This document shows, in pieces, positions 60,963-64,000 of a stretch of 64,000 nucleotides of DNA. The notes under the pieces are model-generated. The model did not search any database. It was not told the DNA's origin and saw only the letters and a program-made list of their open reading frames with translations. This DNA comes from Candidatus Bathyarchaeota archaeon (GTDB taxonomy: Archaea; Thermoproteota; Bathyarchaeia; Bathyarchaeales; Bathycorpusculaceae): positions 416,001 through 480,000 of the forward strand of contig CAWGYA010000008.1 in the NCBI GenBank assembly GCA_963826715.1. Direction: 5' to 3'. Positions within the stretch are counted from its first letter, which is position 1. Every line of letters starts with the position of its first letter. Both the position numbers and the translations under genes were made by a program.

Positions 60963-61012
60963 ATATATAAATAAACTCTAGGGGGTTTGTCCAGGCGATA
61001 CTTTTAGGTTCT

Positions 61013-61080
61013 TTAGCTGAGTTTGCGTTTTCTAAAGATTTTAGAGCCTTGAAACTCAGTAACGTACTCAAAGCCTGCTT
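61013..61080 (-). pseudogene. Integrase C-terminal relic
   Basis: AGFEYVTEFQGSKIFRKRKLS* versus SGFEYVTEFQGAKIFRKRKL* of 39053-40369. Confidence 0.85.
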
Positions 61081-61162
61081 GCTGTTTATAAAAATTATTA
61101 AAAGTATGTATTAAGATACCATAATTTTAGAAAAAAGTGGCAATTAGCACACCCAGCTAACG

Positions 61163-62044
61163 CTAACTTTTTTCTTTATGTCTTTTACGAGCTATAAGGA
61201 GCACTGAAAAAACTAAAACAACTACAACCACTCCCAGTATCAGAAGTATTGGATTTAACCAGAAGTCAGAACCCGCTGGCGAAGAGACTGGTACACTAGG
61301 TGTCGTAGTTGGAGAAGGGGTTGGTGAAGCAACAGGCAATATGTTGTTTTCCAGGACTGTATCTGGCGCACCTGAAATGTCAATATACTCATCCGTAATG
61401 TCTAGGAACGTATTGTTTATTGCGGCGTTGTGGTCACCATAATTGAACTCAATACCACAACATACATTAGAAATATCGTTTCCAATAACATCATTGTAAG
61501 ACCCGAAAACTCTAATTCCATTGCCGCTGTCCAGACCTATTAGGGAGTTATAAGCAATTTTGTTATTTGTTGCTGAATAGCCAATATTTATACCCGAAAC
61601 AGTGTTCTTAATTGAATTTCCAGTGATTGTGCAGTCAGAAATTTTATCTGCAACAATACCGTGGACGAAATTATCTATATTAAAATTTCGAACTTCCACA
61701 TTTTTTGATGAACTTAAATCTATTGCAGTATCTTGTATTGGACCATGGCCTCTACCTAGAAGGGTGTGATATTTGCCATCCAGCACTATGTTATCACATT
61801 TGATTATTAATTTGTATTCTGTAATATCCCCTGTTAAGCTGTAAGTTTTTGCGTTTCTTGCAATAGGGGCCGTATTTGGGTCAATGCTGCCATCCCCCAA
61901 TATGTAAATTTCAGGCATATTTTCCATAAGACCTGGGTTAGCGACTAGATTGGCTGCGCTAGTAACTTCAAACCCACAGCTAAACAGTAATGCAACAAAT
62001 AGAATAAACACGCCAATTTTCTTATGCAAATACGGTTGCCTCAA
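61163..62044 (-). CDS. Secreted right-handed beta-helix (NosD/CASH-like) surface protein with C-terminal TM
   Basis: Signal peptide, IYILGDGSIDP, NIVLDG, Asn-ladder repeats, SPTPSPTTTPS linker, TM helix and basic tail. Confidence 0.85.
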   Translation of the reverse strand: MRQPYLHKKIGVFILFVALLFSCGFEVTSAANLVANPGLMENMPEIYILGDGSIDPNTAPIARNAKTYSLTGDITEYKLIIKCDNIVLDGKYHTLLGRGHGPIQDTAIDLSSSKNVEVRNFNIDNFVHGIVADKISDCTITGNSIKNTVSGINIGYSATNNKIAYNSLIGLDSGNGIRVFGSYNDVIGNDISNVCCGIEFNYGDHNAAINNTFLDITDEYIDISGAPDTVLENNILPVASPTPSPTTTPSVPVSSPAGSDFWLNPILLILGVVVVVLVFSVLLIARKRHKEKS

Positions 62045-62083
62045 CCATATTGTTTGAAGAAATCAAGAGTATAAAAGGTTTTT

Positions 62084-62101
62084 AGTCAAGGTTTATTGAC
62101 T
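62084..62101. promoter_or_regulatory. Palindrome AGTCAA-N6-TTGACT directly upstream of a TATA box
   Basis: agtcaaggtttattgact next to CTTTTATA (minus strand) of the 62044 gene. Confidence 0.5.
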
Positions 62102-62655
62102 ATCAGACTATTGATAGGATGATGTAGTAAGTCAAGTGAAAAGGTTATTACGGTATTTAATATAAATTAAAAGGCAATCAGAAACACCACCCTTGGTTTT
62201 CCGTGAATATGACAAACAGTCACTAAGTACAGTTCAATGGTGAATAGCGGCTAACCCGGTTCGCAATGTTGAATTAAGCATGGATACATCACTTTTCACC
62301 CAAAAAGCACCGATAATAACCCAAGAACCCAAAAAACAGCGAAAACCACTATATGAAAAAACCCGCAGTAGCCTTTTTTTCCATGCTGTTTTTATTAAAA
62401 AAGAGGTTAGTGCTTAATGCGGGGTTTTTGCGGCTCGTTGCGAAGTATTATTGCGGTTTTCCCCATACTTTTAGGGACTTAATAACATTTCCAGAATAGA
62501 CGATAAGCTAAATTATAGACGAAGATTGAAAAGTGTTTTAACTTACAGGGAAGAGCGGGGGATTTTGCCACTCAGCTGCATGGAAGCCAAAAAATACTAA
62601 ATCAAGTGAGTTATCTAAAAAAAGAGATTGGCGGGATATGTCTCCACTGCTTTGA

Positions 62656-62679
62656 GGGTTCGAATCCCACCCCCTGCAC
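62656..62679 (+). repeat. att repeat 3 (3' end of tRNA-Leu)
   Basis: 24-bp match gggttcgaatcccaccccctgcac. Confidence 0.92.
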
Positions 62680-63564
62680 TTCAATCGGACTCAATCGCAT
62701 TAGTTTTGCCTGTTGTTTTGAAGTTGAAGAGTGAAGGTAGAAAGGATTCTACGTTAGCTCCGATGCTTAAGCGATTGAAGTTTTTGGGAAGAAACGTAAA
62801 CTTAGAAGACCCTGAGAAGGTCAAAGAATTTATCGCCTCTAAAAACTATACCGATGGATACAAAGATAACCTGATTGATGCATACAGTCATTTCTGTCGA
62901 TTCTATTCGGTTCAATGGACTAAGCCAATCTATATGCGTGAGGAAAGAATTACAAAAGCACCTAGAGAGGAAGATATAAACAAAATAATTAGTCATGGCA
63001 AATTCAAGTTCTGTTGCTTTTTCGGTTCTTAGAGATTCAGGGATGCGACCCGTTGAAGTTGGAATGTTGAGAGTTAAGGACTTTGACTAGATAGCGGTGA
63101 TGTGTATCCTACAACTGCAAAAAATGGTTCAGGTAGAATTCTTAGAATTAGGAAAGAAACATTGGCGATGCTCAAGAGGTATATTAGCGAAAACAATCTT
63201 AACTCCAATGGATGTTCTTTGGGAATGATAAAAGAGTCAAGCAAAACTGGTCTAGATTGAAAACCTCTGTTGCAATCAAACTATGCGAACCAAAATTACT
63301 TCAAATAAGACTTTATGACTTAAGGCATTTCGCTGGTTCTATGACCTACTATAGAACTAAGGAGACATCATCTATACAATGCGATTTCTAGGGCATAAGA
63401 ACATTAAGAATACTTTGCGTTACGTTCACTTGATTGATTTCAATAAGGATGACTATCATGTTTCTGTAGCCAAAACCGTTGATGACGCTTGTAAACTAAT
63501 AGAGCACGGCTTTGAGTATGTCACATCAATCGATGAGGTTAAGCTATTCAAAAAGAGGAAGTAG
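62656..63564 (+). pseudogene. Tyrosine integrase, C-terminal part read through att3, multiply frameshifted
   Basis: RVRIPPPA is encoded across att; RDSGMRPVE, YDLRHF, LGHKNIKNTLRYV and GFEYV lie in shifting frames. Confidence 0.85.
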
Positions 63565-63570
63565 CATCAT

Positions 63571-63789
63571 ATGATTGACTGTATAGCCTTCATCATATCC
63601 TTTTTTCTCATACCTTTTCTAATTCTAATAATATTGATTGGCGTTAAATTCTTCTATAGCCTAGTCACGATTGGACAATCAAACAATAACTGTAATGAAG
63701 AAACCAATAAGCAACTTATAGAGAATTCAAAGGAAGACAGTCAAGCTGACTTATACATGAGTGAAGAGAATCCCGATGATAATTCGTAA
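63571..63789 (+). CDS. Small single-TM protein with acidic tail
   Basis: 72-aa ORF directly after the integrase. Confidence 0.4.
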   Translation: MIDCIAFIISFFLIPFLILIILIGVKFFYSLVTIGQSNNNCNEETNKQLIENSKEDSQADLYMSEENPDDNS

Positions 63790-64000
63790 TGTTCCCTGAA
63801 GAGACAGATGATGAAGATTACTAACTACCTTTTCCTATGAGAGAGGGTATACCCCCCATACCCCCCATGTCAGGAAAAAGTTCTAATTATGTTTTTTGGG
63901 TAAATAGATACCGATGGATTAAGAAATTAACCATCTCTTGTAACTGTCCTGTAATATTAGCGATGATGGGATTAGTTATTTCCACCCATTTTTAGAATTC

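Larger units (their letters stand above)
60938..62679. mobile_element. Deleted 1.7-kb sister element at tRNA-Leu
   Basis: Bounded by att2 and att3; both ends resemble those of the 22-kb element; retains only the integrase tail and one cargo gene. Confidence 0.8.

Noticed and set aside
60695-60964. ORFs 60695-60880 and 60737-60964
   Set aside because: The first is short with no motif (a roughly 43-aa peptide from 60749 cannot be excluded); the second is antisense read-through of att.
62628-62655. TTG start of the third integrase
   Set aside because: It lies left of att3 in the flank of element 2, so it is probably fortuitous.
63850-63869. Tandem taccccccat repeat
   Set aside because: Only two overlapping copies near the window edge; no partner repeat or transposase visible.
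1-64000. CRISPR array, rRNA, IS transposase, and viral capsid or terminase genes
   Set aside because: No regularly spaced repeat-spacer array and no recognisable motifs were found by eye; divergent viral genes among the hypothetical ORFs cannot be excluded.

Overview
Archaeal chromosome segment. L7Ae/S28e/L24e, TFB, form III RuBisCO and archaeal-type tRNAs are present, and the gene content fits Bathyarchaeia best (inference). About 1-33 kb is intact housekeeping DNA: hisG, initiator tRNA-Met, a candidate C/D-box sRNA, a dapA-dapB-asd-lysA-dapF-dapL operon, ribosomal proteins, gar1-tfb, a glutaredoxin plus FTR-like reductase pair, nth, the AMP phosphorylase/RuBisCO/R15P-isomerase trio, a GH3-family enzyme and a GT-C/PMT/GT2 glycosylation operon. 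About 33-64 kb is accessory DNA built around a divergent tRNA-Thr(GGT)/tRNA-Leu(TAG) pair, and both tRNAs serve as integration sites. On the left are tandem relics of split-integrase elements at tRNA-Thr (47-bp att repeat). On the right are three stacked elements at tRNA-Leu (24-25-bp att at 38972, 60938 and 62656). The 22-kb element carries an intact tyrosine integrase, a type I R-M system, Fic and ASCH genes, a ParB plus ABC-ATPase-GNAT module, a 3-TM putative defence cassette, and the most unusual locus, an operon encoding a Zn-finger protein, a PRTase-GNAT fusion and an OPRT-like protein. Many accessory genes are broken by single-base indels, which could reflect decay or sequencing error. 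All assignments come from reading the sequence by eye; no database searches were run.
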